A stretch of DNA of 64,000 nt from contig CM052817.1 of NCBI GenBank assembly GCA_028534125.1, forward strand, positions 50,780,001 to 50,844,000. Reading direction: 5' to 3'. The position numbers and the translations under genes were made by a program. Every line of letters begins with the position of its first letter. Positions within the stretch are counted from its first letter, which is position 1. This document shows, one piece after another, positions 25,206 through 38,239 of this stretch. Source of the stretch: Lama glama. Its lineage: Eukaryota. Under the pieces are notes generated by a model. That model worked only from the letters and a program-made list of their open reading frames with translations. It made no database searches and had not been told where the DNA came from.

Positions 25206-26519
25206 GTAAGTATGTCTCCCCTCTTACAGGACTTTGGAAGGACTGTGTGATTTGTTCTTCCAAAAGGCTCTAACATACCTTTCGATAAAACCCTCACTAA
25301 TTGTCTCTAAAAAATCTAAACAATAAACAATAAGGGCACCTGCCATTCTGCAGTCACTATTACATTCTAAAATCTTTCATTTTTCCTATTTATAGCTTAA
25401 CTTGAATATACAACTATCACATTCTTCATGATTCTTTACCCAATCTCTCCGTCAGAATTAATATTATTCCAATAGGTTTCCCCCTAAACTTATACTGTAC
25501 TATGGTATATGTTGCCTTGAATTATATTCACTTGTGAATATTCTATGCCAGATGGGCTGATTGGGCATTTTATACTCTGTCCCATTCCTGTCCCCTTATT
25601 CTTGTACCTAGCATGATGGTTTAGAAATAGTAGATGTTCCCTAAAGAGATGTGGATTAAATCAGTATTTCAGTAGAATCGTCTCTTAAGTAAGAAGGAGT
25701 TTGACCAGATTGAAGAGTACCTTTGATTTCTTGTCAGTTTGTTAGTTTTGTAAAAGCACAGCTTAAATATTTCAAAAAAAATATTCACAGTCACTCCATA
25801 AACATCTGTATTTCCATAAATGTCATCCAGGCTGCTCTGAAACAGAGCACCAAAAGGACTTCAGTATTAAGATAAAGAGAAACAGAATTTTACCATGAAC
25901 TTTCAGGGTAATAAAATGAAAAAGCAAGCTGGGATCTGAAAACTTAGCTTGTGATGATGGCTCTGATGTAAGTGATCCTTGTGAACTTCCCCAGGTCACT
26001 TACCCTGCCTTGGTTTGTGTGTCTTTTTTTTGTAAAATTATGACAGTGTATGTGCCTACCTGCCAAAGTCTTGCTCTGTCTCCATTACAATTTTGAATAT
26101 GAATAAAAGGAACCAAAAAACACTTGAATTTTAAACCTACAATATATGAATAAAGCTATGGTAACAGAAACCCTACCAACTGAGCTCACCTTTAAAAGAA
26201 GTGCTTTCTGCGTCATGTGACCAGTCTTGGCTAGCAAGCAGTAGGAACCATAGCCTCTGCCAGCCACCTGAAGTACAAGCTGGCTGTGCTCTCTGCTAAG
26301 ACCTGCACAATGCACAAGCCCTGGGGGCTACTACTTGTCAGGGTCAGTGGAAACAGACTATTATGTTAGGTGAATAAAATGTGCGAGTTAGATAGAGGCT
26401 AAGCAGTCTTGCCTCAGAATGTATGGTCTGAATGCTTTTGTTACAGTGCTTTTACCAAATTTTACATGGTGAAAACCACAACTCGATTCATTTTCTTGTT
26501 TGATGACAGTATACTGTTT

Positions 26520-29500
26520 TTTTTGGCTTTGTTTTATTTTACTTTTTAATTTAATTGTTTTAGGGTAGATACAGGTTTACAGAAAAGTTGTAAAGTTACT
26601 TTAGAAGGTCTGCAGATAGAGAAACCCAGTTTCCCCTATTATCAACATCTTATATTACAGTGAGACATTTGTCACAAATAATGAACCAATATTGGAACAT
26701 TATTTTTGACTAATATCCATACTTTCAGATTTTCTTAATTTTTTAATAATATCCTTTTTCTATTCTAATATCCCATCAGGGATCCCATAATACATTTCAT
26801 CATGATGTCTCCTTAGACTTCTCTTAGCTGGGACAATTTCTCAGACTCTTTTTCTCTTGATGATCTTGAGAGTTTTACAGGAATGCTAATATTCTGTAGA
26901 ATGTTCCTTATTTAGAACTTATATAAATTTTTTCCTTTGTGGTTAAATTGGGAATATGGATTTATGAGAGGAAGATTATAAAGTGTAATGTTCATAACAT
27001 ATCAAAAAGACATGCTATCGACATCACTTCTCTAAAGCTACTCATGAACATGAGATAGTTTATGTCAAGTTTTTCCTCTAACAAGCTTTTCTTCTTTCCA
27101 TATTGTTCTCTTTGGAAGGGAATCATTATGCATAGCTCACACTTAAGAGTGGAAAGTTATATTCTACCACTCTGAGAACAGAATATATCAATTTGGGGAG
27201 TTCTTCTCTATAAGAGATTTGTCTGTTCTCCCCTATTTGTGTATTTATTGAATCATTTATTTATATCAGTATGGGCTAATGCAAATTCAATTTATATGTT
27301 GGGTTATAATTCAACACTACTCTGTTTACTTAGTTGCTCAAATTCTTCTGTCTTTGGCAATTAAGAGCTCAGTTTTTCTTATGGCAGACTTCCATTATTG
27401 TGCTTATTCTTGAATGTTTCCTTAACTTTCTGGCACTATAAGATAGTACAGATTTATTCTATGTATTTCCTAGCTCAGTAGTGGAATCAGGTGTTTCCCA
27501 AAAAAGGTCTGATTCCTCATGTTGAAAAATGGTATTAGAAACCAAGATCTAGTTGCTAGGTGTGTTTATTGCTTATACACCTTCTTAGAGGACAGAGCAA
27601 GGAAATATATGTGTGTATACTAACTTACTATGTGTGTACATATACATATCTATAAATATTTATATATTTTATATAGCATATATGTACGTGTGTATATATG
27701 TTTACATATCCATTTGTAACTGTGTTAATCTAAACATAAGTTCAAATGATATCTTCAACTCTAATCCATAAACCACTTAGAACATTCTGATTGTCTGTAA
27801 CTTCCCACTTCAGCAGTACAAAATCTGGCTCCCACCACCGTTCACCATGACTGAGTTTTCAATTCCAGGATACAGATAAAATGGCTTTCAAATTATTAGT
27901 TCACACTCACATGGGAAAAACTTTATCAACCAGAGTGTATTTCGTATATGAAGTTGTGTTTGCCTTTAGTCTTATAGACTCATTTCCAGAGTTACATGGG
28001 TAGGCACTTTTGCTCCCCACTTCAGTAAGGCTGTTTCACACATTGCTGATAGTCATATTCTTTTGTCACAGTCTGTATTCAATCCTAGCATACCCTGATC
28101 TCTTAGGATACTCTGACTTTTAAAATTTGTGTATATTGAGGCTCATTCTTTCTGTGTAAAGTACTATGGGTTTTGACCCATGCATAGTGTCATGTGTCCA
28201 CCCTCATATCATATAGGATAGCTTCATTGACCTAAAACATCCCCTGTGCTTCACCAGTTCAGCCCACTTCCCACCACCTGGCAAACACTCATCTTCTATT
28301 TATTGTTTCAATTACCTTTGTCACTATGTAGCCTTTCCAAACTGGGTTCTTCACATAGCAATATGCATTTAAGATGTATCCACATCTTTGTATGGCTTGA
28401 TAGCTCAATTCCTTTTTATCACTGAATGATCTTCTATTGTATAGAGGAACAATAGTTTATTTTCTCATTCATGTATTAAAGAATACCTTGGTTGCTTCCA
28501 ATTTTTAGAGACTATGAATGAAGTTGCTATAAATACTCACTTTTTTTTTTTTGGTATGAGCTTAAGTTTTAAAATCAACTGGATGAGGGGAGGGGATAAC
28601 TCAGTGGTAGAGTGCCTGCTTAGCATGCATGAGATCCTGGGTTCAATCCCCAGTACCTCTATTAAAAAAATTAATAAATAATTAAACAAACCGAATTACC
28701 TCCCCCACTTAAAAAATAAATAAATAAAATCAACTGGCTGAATATGTAGCAGCATGATTGCTGAATCATATGATAAAGGTAATGCTTCTTTTCACTGTAT
28801 AAGAAATCGTCAAACTCTTCCAAAGTATATACAATTTTGTAGTGCTATCAGCAATGAATGAGAATTTCTACTGCCCTGCATTCTCTCTAGCAATTGGAAT
28901 TATCAAGGTTTTTAAATTTTAGTCTTTCTAATAGGTGTGTAGTGATATCTCGTTGTTTTAATTTGCATTTTCCTAATAAGGAATGATGTTGAGTAGGTTT
29001 TTATATGCTTATTTCCCATCTGTGAATATTTTTATTGAGGTTATCTATTCAGATCTTTTGTTCATTTTTAATTAGATTTTTTATTGTTGAATTTGAAGTG
29101 TTCTTTGCATATTCTGGATATAACTCTTTTATTAGGTATATGTTTTGCAAATATTTTCTTCCAATCTGTGGCTTTTCTTTTCATATGCTAACAGTATCTT
29201 ACACAGAGAAGAATGTTTAACTTTAATAAAGTCCAACCCATTGATTTTTTTTTTTCTTTTAGTGATCATGTTTTTGGTGTCATATCTAAAAACTCATCAC
29301 CAAACTCAAGATAACTTAGATTTTCTCCTATATTTTATTCTCAAAGTTTTATAGTTTTGCATTTTACATATATGTGTATCATCCATTTTTAATTTTTATT
29401 GTAAGGTGTAAAGTCTGTGTTTTGTTTGGATCAGGTTTTTTGTTCATAGACATATAATTATTCCATCACTATTTAATGAAAAGACTATCTCTATTCCATT

Positions 29501-30915
29501 GAATTGCCTTTGCGCTTTTGTCAAAAATCAGTTGATTATATTTTTCTTAGTCGATCTGTAGGCTTTTAATCCATTCCATTGATACATGTCTATTCTTTTG
29601 CTAATACCACCACACTATCTTGATTACTTTAACTTAATTAATAGTAAGTCTTGAAATCTGATAGAGTGAAGAACTTTGTGCTTTTTATTCAGTATTTTGT
29701 TGGCTATTCTTGATTTTTGCCTTTCATATAAATTTCCAGATGAGTTTGTTTGTATGTATGAAATAGCTTACTGTGGTTTGGATTGAATCTCTAGATGTAG
29801 TTCTTCCAATTTGGATATCTTAATAATATCAAGTTTTTCAAGCCATAAACACAGAACATCTCCCCTTTTGTCTAGACCTTTGATTTTTTTTAATCAGTGT
29901 TTTATAGTTTTCTGCATAAAGATGCTATAGATATTTTGTTAGATTTACTCAAATATTTCATTTTACTGTTGCTTTTGTGTATGTTATTTAAAATTTCCAA
30001 CTCTAATTGTTTATTGCTGGTATATAGAAAGTGATTGACTTTTCTATATTAACTTTGTATCCTACAACCACGTTATACTCCCTCATTAGTTCAATGAGTT
30101 CTTTTGTAGATTTTGTGAGTATTTTTTACATATATAATCATGTCATCTACAAATAAAGATGGTGTTATTTTTTCTCTTCAATTTATATAGCATTTATTTT
30201 CTTTACTTATTTTGTTGCAGTAAGAAAGGACTTCTGATGTGATGCTGAACAGAAGTGGTGAGAGAGGACGTCCTTGACTTGTTCCGAATCCTCGAGAAAA
30301 AGTGAGCCTCTCATTATTAAGTGTGATATTAGCTGTAGTTTTTTTGGTCATGTTCCTTAGCAAGTTGAGAAAGTACCCTTTAATTTCTAGTTTGATAAAT
30401 TTTTGTCATAAATGGGTGCTGGGTTTTGTTAAATGCTTTTTCCTCTATCAATTGATATGATGATTATATCTCTTTGTTTGTTTTTATTCTTTACCCTGTT
30501 GGCAAGACTGTATTTCATTAATTGGATTGGTTTTTGGTTGTTGAACTAGACTTGTTTACCTGAAACAAATCCCACTGGGTGCTTGGTCATAGTGTATCAT
30601 TCCTTTTACACATTGTTGGTTTGCTTTGCTAATATTTTGTTGAGGATTGTTGCTTCTATGTTCATGAGAAATACTGATCCGTAGTTTTTCTTTCCTGTAA
30701 TATATTTATCTGATTTTGACAGGGTAATGCTTCATGAAAAAAAAAAGTTAAGGAATGTTCTGCTTCTATTTCTAAGTCTCTTCTTAAACTATACAGAATT
30801 AATATCATTTCTTCTTGAAAGTTTAGTAGAATTCACCAAAATTATTTTGGCTCAATTTTTAAATTTTTTCCAAGTTATTTATCATCGATTCAATTTTTAA
30901 AATAGATGTAGACTT
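26520..30915 (-). mobile_element. Long 5'-truncated old L1 (L1MC/MD-like), 3' UTR plus decayed ORF2
   Basis: 3' end tttacagaaaagttgtaaag...cccagtttcccctattatcaacatctt; ORF 30178-30363 encodes ANITLNNERL...GTSQGRPLSPLLFSITSEVL, a decayed L1 RT motif (QGCPLSPLLFNIVLEVL). Confidence 0.92.
28587..28725 (+). mobile_element. tRNA-derived SINE, camelid Vic-1 type, nested in L1
   Basis: ggggaggggataactcagtggtagag (A box)...gggttcaatcccc (B box), A-rich tail; TSD aaaatcaactggatga (28571-28586) and aaaatcaactggctga (28726-28741). Confidence 0.92.
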
Positions 30916-31740
30916 TGTTAAATATCAGGTAACATTTGTGTCTTGCTGCTCTTTCACCTGTAGTCTCCTGTTGTATTAGTCTTACTGGTGTGGTGGTAAC
31001 ATCAAGAGAGGACACAGTGTCTCACATTCTTGTGTTTAAGTCTCAGTCTTTTAGTGGGCTCATGTTCCTGGGCTGTGACCCTCACCAGTGTTTCCTACCT
31101 CTCCCTCCACTCCTTTGGTGGGATAAAAGGACAAGACAGAGGTGGAACAAACTTCCAGTGCTTTACTTTGAGTTCATAAATTAGTTGAGGGGTAAAACCA
31201 AATCATCATTATAATAACTAAAATTTCTGTTTTAAGGCTCTGATCAACTGATGTAAAATGGCATCATTTAAAACTTTGGGGTTTTTTTGTTGTTGTTGTT
31301 AGTTTTATTCTTGCTAATGGAGCTATTGAATTAACAGTTACTATCTTATTTGGAATGAAAATATGTGAAATTAATTAGGAGGACATCTTATAATCTAAAC
31401 TAAATGTCTTTCTTTACCCCGTGATATAAAAATACACGTTTTTGCAGAGGCACAATTAACTAACCTTTACTAAACCAAAATTAATAAATTAAGAAGCCCT
31501 ATGATTTGGCAGCATGTAAAGTTGATGTAACATTAAATGTATCATAAGTAAGGATACATTTTTTGAGACTTCCATTAGTAAAATTATTTATCAAAGAGAT
31601 GAATTTACTTTGGGGGTAGAATACATTAAATGTATAAATGTTTGAGATGAAATATTTAAATATATTTATTTGAAATAAATTAGACTTTAGACAAATCCTC
31701 CATTTAGCTTCATTTGCTTTTAGCTTATCCAATGTGGTAC

Positions 31741-32400
31741 TGTTGCCGATAGATGCAACTGGTGTTTCAGGATCTTGTCCCATCCCAGAAAGAATTCAGA
31801 GACAAGACTTAGAGGTTAAAAAAAGGTAAAGTGAGGATTTATTAAAGGATAGATAGTACACTCTCAGGGGAGGGCGGGCAGGCTCAGGTGAGCAGTCGCC
31901 CTGAGTTTCTTTGGCAAGTTAGCTACATAGGGTGTAAAAATGAATGGGTGGCATATTCATTGGGGAGGGAAGGGTTTGGGGTCGTATTCCCTGATTATCA
32001 TCCCAACTCCACCTTCCCAAAGGGAGGAGGGATTTTTGTCCGTATTCAGTCTGGATTGGAAGTGTCATGGCGTCGGTGTATGATGGGTACTTCTGATCTG
32101 CAAGGCTAATTTTATTGAAATGAGGGCATAAATGAGCAAAAGGTTACATTCAGACACTGGAAATTCTTGCCTTTTCTCACCTTTCTTTGTTCTTCTCCAG
32201 GCCACTTGCCATCCCAAAAAGCATGATCCTTTATCAGCCTCAATGTTCCTGCTTTTCTTTCTCTGCCCAGGGAGCCCTGCTGCTTACATGACGTGTGGTT
32301 TCCTGCATTTGGCTTGTGCCCCTCCTTTCTGCCCAATTCCTGCCATTTGGTCTGTGTCCCCCTTTCCCTGCTCATATCTAGCTATCTGCCTGCTCTAACA
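31741..32400 (-). mobile_element. ERV1-class solo LTR (660 bp)
   Basis: TGTT...AACA termini, perfect 4-bp TSD gtac on both sides, AATAAA on the minus strand near 31840, CpGs retained. Confidence 0.9.
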
Positions 32401-32859
32401 GTACCTCCTAGATAAGCAATATTTTTTTCAATTAAAAATGTTATGATCTATGGAGAAGTGTTAATTGAAGATGTACTCTTTGGGTTACCCATTAAATTGC
32501 AACTTTGAGAAGATTGTAGACATATTTTGCAAAAAAGAACATAAAAACTTATTTACCAAAAACCCTCCTATTTCTAAAACTGACAGAATTAGAGACAACT
32601 GTGACTAAGAAATTAAAGTATGTGAATATGTAATTACAATATTTTTGGCCTAGATTATTTTAATGTTCTGATAATTCATATAAAGATTTTAAACATGTTT
32701 CTTTAATGTACATGAACTTACCTTTAGAAAAAATTTTACTTTTGAAGCTTTAGATTTTGAATAGCACTATTTCATAGATTACCAATATAATCAATTAACC
32801 AAGTAAATAAATGTTTAGAAAATACATGTAATTTTTACTATTTGTGGTGCTCTTCCTAC

Positions 32860-33303
32860 TGTCAACAGTTCAGGGAAAAAACATCAGTAAAACCAATGAA
32901 TCCTTGAAATAGTAATTAGGAAAGTTGTGCATACACCAACAAGACTGTTTTGTAAACCAGGCACTCAAACCAAAACATGGCATGAGGCTCGGAGGTGCGT
33001 TATCATAAGGCAGCTTATACAGTGTGGAGGCAGTGAGTGTTCCTTCTTCACAGTGGTGGGCTGCAATGTCAGAGTTTCCTTAAATGAAAGGGAATTATTT
33101 AGTGATTACATTATTTCAAGTGTGGGGAACAATTTAAGTTTTACTTAAGATTTTCAGAGTCATGAGTGAGAAGTTTCTGGTCAAGTTAGCCTCACTTGTC
33201 TTGCAAAATAAGGTAAAATAAGCTTTGCTTGTATGACTAAACTAGTTTTGTCTGTTCAGGGAATTTTCAAGTCTGGTCTCCATTTGTGTTTGATTGTAAT
33301 ACC
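32860..33303 (-). mobile_element. Probable older ERV1-class LTR (MER4 group-like)
   Basis: Starts tgtcaac; 3' part aaactagttttgtctgttcagggaattttcaag...tctccatt recalls MER31/34/39-type LTRs; no clear TSD. Confidence 0.4.
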
Positions 33304-34569
33304 ACTGTCTAAAGTGTTTGTACAATTAATTATGCAGTTACCCTGTTATATTTTTAAAAGTCTAAAAAGTGGCATCTAAAATGTATTTGAAAATCACTTT
33401 TTGGACTCTAATATTTAGGCATATAAACAGTTAGGAATCACAGATTACATGGTCATCTTTGTCAATTAAAATTACGCCTCCAAGTGTTCAGGGCACATCT
33501 CCAGCGTAATACACTTTTCTTTGTAAGCATTCTAGGTAAACAAATATAAAAGCCACTACTGTCTTCTCTTTGAATTTGTGTATATCCACTAGGATTGCAG
33601 CAGTGATCTTTGGAGCGTAAATAAAAATAGAGGAAAGTGCCATATGTTTAAAATAATGAATGCTTACTTTATAATCTGAACTCTATTCTAGATGCAAAAT
33701 ACGACCACACTGTGAGAATAACTTGCACTTCAGCTATTTGAAGTGTTGTATACAAACCAACAAAGTAATTAATTGGACTCTGAAATTTTTTTCACTCAAG
33801 ATTTTAAAGTGCATCTTTATAAACAAAACAAAACACTATTTTCCACACTAAAGACATTAATAGCAGTACAGAGTTGATGATTTACCACTAAAGTACAAAC
33901 AACTTCCAGCCCATCTCTGCACTCATTTAGCAAAAGAAGAGACACAAAGTTAGAGAGAATTTGTTGTCTGGCTGCACCCTGCTTACTTGTGAAGCCAGAC
34001 ATTCAAATATTGAAACTTTTGGGTGCCTCTTAAATATTAAAGTGAGGAATTATTGGAAGAGAGGCCAAAAGCATTGGAGATGTGAGAACTGAAATGCACC
34101 ATCCATTTGAAATGCGATGAATAATGAGCAGCCCACTGATGGTGATGGATGGTGATGGCCTCTCAGTCAGCACTAGCCACTTGGCTGGAAGGCAAATAGG
34201 GAATGCAAGGCAAACTGAGAGCTGGGCAGGCCGTCAAAATAAATAAGTAAAAGAAAGGACATTGAAAGGCAGTGGATTGTTAGGAGGAAGGCTTGTAATA
34301 AATGATGATGTCAGTGATAAATTAAGGTTACTTATGCCATGGCTAGCATTCCAGGAAGGAAAACAGATAGGAAAACTTAGCACTCTCAACTCCTAGAAAC
34401 TAGTTTTCAGGGTGCTGAGTTTTAAAATGGAATGCTCCATGAGAAATTCAAAGTTAAATTTTAGGTGATACCAGAGGATATAGATTAATATCTGTCTTCA
34501 GTTATTCTTCACATACCTGTGGAGGTTGATGGTCAGAAGAAAGGTATATTGAAGACAATTAGGATGGGC

Positions 34570-34830
34570 AGGGCTTGAGGGGGTGGTGATGGATGAAAGC
34601 AAGAAGGGGACTAAGGGAAACAGAATTCCAGCTATAAAATAAATAAGTCCTGGGGGTATAACATACACATAGGGAATATACTCAATGATACTGTAACAAC
34701 CTTGTATGGTAACCGATGGTAACTGGACTTACTGTGGTGATCATTTCATAATATATAAATATATCAAATCACTATATTGTACACCTGAAACCAATATAAT
34801 GTATGTTAATTAGACTCAGTAATTTAAATG
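34570..34830 (+). mobile_element. L1 3' end fragment (L1MA9-like)
   Basis: ccagctataaaataaataagtcctggggg...gatggtaactggacttactgtggtgatcatttc...tgtacacctgaaac. Confidence 0.85.
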
Positions 34831-36909
34831 TAGTCAAAGTTCAATAGAGTTGGATTTTCAGACTTTCTCTAGAGAAGTATAGTGGCGTACTGTCACCAAA
34901 CTTCTATGACCCCCATCTCACCCTAAACTAGATGTTTCATATATTTTGTTTAAGACACCACAGAGGGTATTTGGTTCCATTTATTCATTATGTCAGTAGG
35001 TCAGTCGATGAGTCAACTACTTAGCTACACATGGGCAGAGTTTACTACATGCTGGGCTTTCTATTAGGTGCTGGTGAAAAAATAAGTCCCTGTCTTAAGA
35101 AAGCCCTATAACTAGTGTAGTGAAAAGTTTCTATTTTAACTTCAACAATTGACTTCAGAGTGTTTGAAAAAGTTTAAGGTGTATCTTTTATAGTTAGGAT
35201 CTTCATCATATGATGGTTTTGGTGTTTAAACTGCTTCCTAGATAAATGGGTGCCTAGAGGCCAAAGATCTTGACGGGGATGGGGGACTGAAGACAGTAGG
35301 TCTGGAACTTGGGCAGAAATCCTCAATTTGGGTATTATCAAGAAAAACCCAAAGACAAGGTCATATAAAACATAAGCCAGACAAATAATCTAAGTGTAGT
35401 CACATGTGAGAAGAAAACATGGAAACAAAGCAGCAAGAAAAAAAATAGAGACATTAGGACAAGACAGATTGGATTCTGGGTATGGGGTAGGAGGCTAAGC
35501 CTAGAAAAAATCTTGTAAGGAGTTAGAATGGAGCACTGGAGCCTTGTCATATGCTTGCAACCTCATCAGTAGATGTGGAGAGACTTTCGAAGGGCACCAA
35601 GTAGGCTCAGATGAGTACATAATGTCTCATCTATATAATGGGTGAATCTTTGAGGCAAGATTTAACTGTCTATTCATTATCTTTTTAGATAAAAGAATCA
35701 AAGCCTAAAAACAATTTAGCATTAAGAATGTTTTTATTCCTTCAGTAAAGTTAACAGAAATAAAATACAATAAATGAATTGATTTCTGCTTACAGTTTTA
35801 AATTTTATTGTACTTTTTGCCTTAATTTTTCAGATGACCCAAAATCACATGTGGTATGAGGATACTTAGTGTTTACCCAACATAGTCTTTGCACAGCTAT
35901 GCTCATCCTTTCGTCCATGGGCTCAGTTTGGACCAATAAGGGAACCAACTCTGTCGTTTATTATAGGCCCCCACCTTCGGAATCAACGTAGCCTGGAGGA
36001 CCCGGTGTCCCTGGGGCAAGCCCTGGTTGTGTGTGTGCGCGTTGTGCTCTAGGCGTCTTCTAGTCCCCACTATGTTCACTAAGCTTTTTCTCTAATCCAA
36101 GCTACAATCTCCTGCTAGAACTGAAACTCTGGCTTCAATCTTAGGTTGCTTGACTGGCATCACAGAAGTGATGCTGAGGTGCAACTTTGCTTCCCAGCAA
36201 AAACCTCCATCAACCTTGCCTCTCACTAAATCACAACGATTTTCCCAATACAAAAAATATTGTGTAAAAAGTCCTCTAGTACCCCCCTTCCAACCAGATG
36301 CTTATACTTTACCTAATTCATTCCAGCTTCCCAGTAGAAATTGAGTATTATTTCCTGTTCTGAAAATACAATAATTCTGTGTTTGGCTTTACTATTTCTT
36401 GCTATCTGGATGCATGCCTGTCCTGTCACATCAAATAATGTCTCTGAGTTCTCTTGCTATGATGACTAGTTTAAGCCCAAGTTGCTCTTTGCCTTTGAAA
36501 CCTTAGCGCTCACTGATGGCTGTAACTCTGAGGGAGGACACCCTGTAGCCAGGTACTCTCCCCAAACCCTGTTCTGTCTGGCCTCTTCTGTCTCCAGTGG
36601 GCTTTTTGACTTTTCTATCTCCACTGCATCTCAGAGCTGAATTTCCCCAATTCTACCACAGCCTGCCTTAAAAATGGGGAAGCTTAATCTCAATAAAGTT
36701 ATTTTTATTAGGTATTTTTTAGTTTTATTTAATATGCTATAAATATGTGCATGTGTTTACATTTTGAACTGTGTTGATTAACAAACTTATTTCTGAATTG
36801 AGAGTCCTCCAAAGAAAATTAATGCTCTGTCAGACAAAGTTAATTAATTTTCTCTTTTGAAAATTATTTTTATTTATACAGAACTTTGTAAATATAATTT
36901 TTTGTACAG

Positions 36910-37003
36910 ATGCAACACAACAAGAACAGACAGAGAAAATATAAGTGTGAAAGCAGAAAGCATCTTCTTTCAAAGCATTTGTTCTTGACCCAGAAATTGT
37001 GCA
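36910..37003 (+). other. Candidate internal exon (94 bp)
   Basis: Acceptor aattttttgtacag|A and donor GCA|gtaagt; purine-rich interior; no recognisable protein. Confidence 0.3.
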
Positions 37004-38239
37004 GTAAGTGTGTTTGTCTCTAAGGACACATTCTGTGTAATAGAATTTTCTTCAGTGCAACCTTGAACATATCTCAGCATTTGTACTTTAAACCTCAGAA
37101 AATCTTGTGCTGAGATGCAGTGTGTGAGTGTGAGGGTGCGTGTGCATGCGCACATCTGTTGCCTCATCTCTCTCTATGGGTGCCCTTTGCTTGCTCCTAT
37201 TTTAGTTTATTGAACTTCTCAAAAAGAAACATTTTGAAACACAGAGGGCTTTTTTATCTCTTGCTAGTGATCACTCACCCTGATTCATTCATAGCCCAGA
37301 AAACATGGAAACTCATAGACTCTGACTCTCTTATTATCACTGTTTAGAAGATAGTTATTGGTGACATTGGTCAAATTTAACAAAAGAATACTAGATTCTC
37401 ATTCTGTTTACTGATCTCCCAGTTTTATGGCTCTATTTCTCTCTATTGCATACTCCAGACTTAAACTTAAGCTGAATATTAGATATGTAGGTATATTTTG
37501 AGCACAGAAACATGAACAAGACAATAAAGCAAAAAATAATTATGGGACATGAAAAAAGAAGTCAAATGAGGGGTGTGAAGTAATAGTTTTTTTCTTTTTT
37601 CTTTTAGTTAATGTATATAACATACCATACCTCAGTTTGTAATCCTACCCCACTTGATCCTCAGAATAATCTCACTAAGAAAGTAACTCACTTACAGAGA
37701 ACAAAGGCCCTAAAATGTTAGATAATGTTCCTTCATTTACTCCAGTAGGCAAAAGGCAAAACCTGAACCTAGTATGGTCTATTTCAAAAATATCCTCTCC
37801 ATGACCCATGTACTCCTAAGAATGCTGTGCTTAGTTATGCCTGTCTTATGTGCTTTATTTTCGCACATACCTTTCCTCATTCTCTCAGTATACTGAATTC
37901 AGTGAATTCTTTAAATACAGCCCAAAATGTGTTTCTTCAACAGACTTCACCAATTCCTCTATATTTTCTTCCACAGAGGTCATCAATCCACTGTTTTCTT
38001 TTCTCCTTTTAACCTCTGTAACATTCATCACATGCACACAACTTGTCCAATCACACTGTGCCTGCATTGTTATAACTTTCCATGTGGGCTTTTCTATTTT
38101 CAGTCAGATTGTGAATCCCCTTAGTCTAAAGCTGAGTATCAATCAATCAACAGACTCTCTGTGATTGAGACATTGTGTAAGGTGAAATGGTAGATAAAAC
38201 AATTTGAGCAGTAAATAAATGAAAGTCTGCAAAGACAGT

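Noticed and set aside
28587..28660. tRNA-like sequence with A and B boxes
   Set aside because: Head of a SINE with tail and TSD, not a tRNA gene; the same applies at 50340-50413
30178..30363. ORF with a reverse-transcriptase motif
   Set aside because: Decayed L1 ORF2 fragment with frameshifts and stops around it; not a functional RT or a novel system
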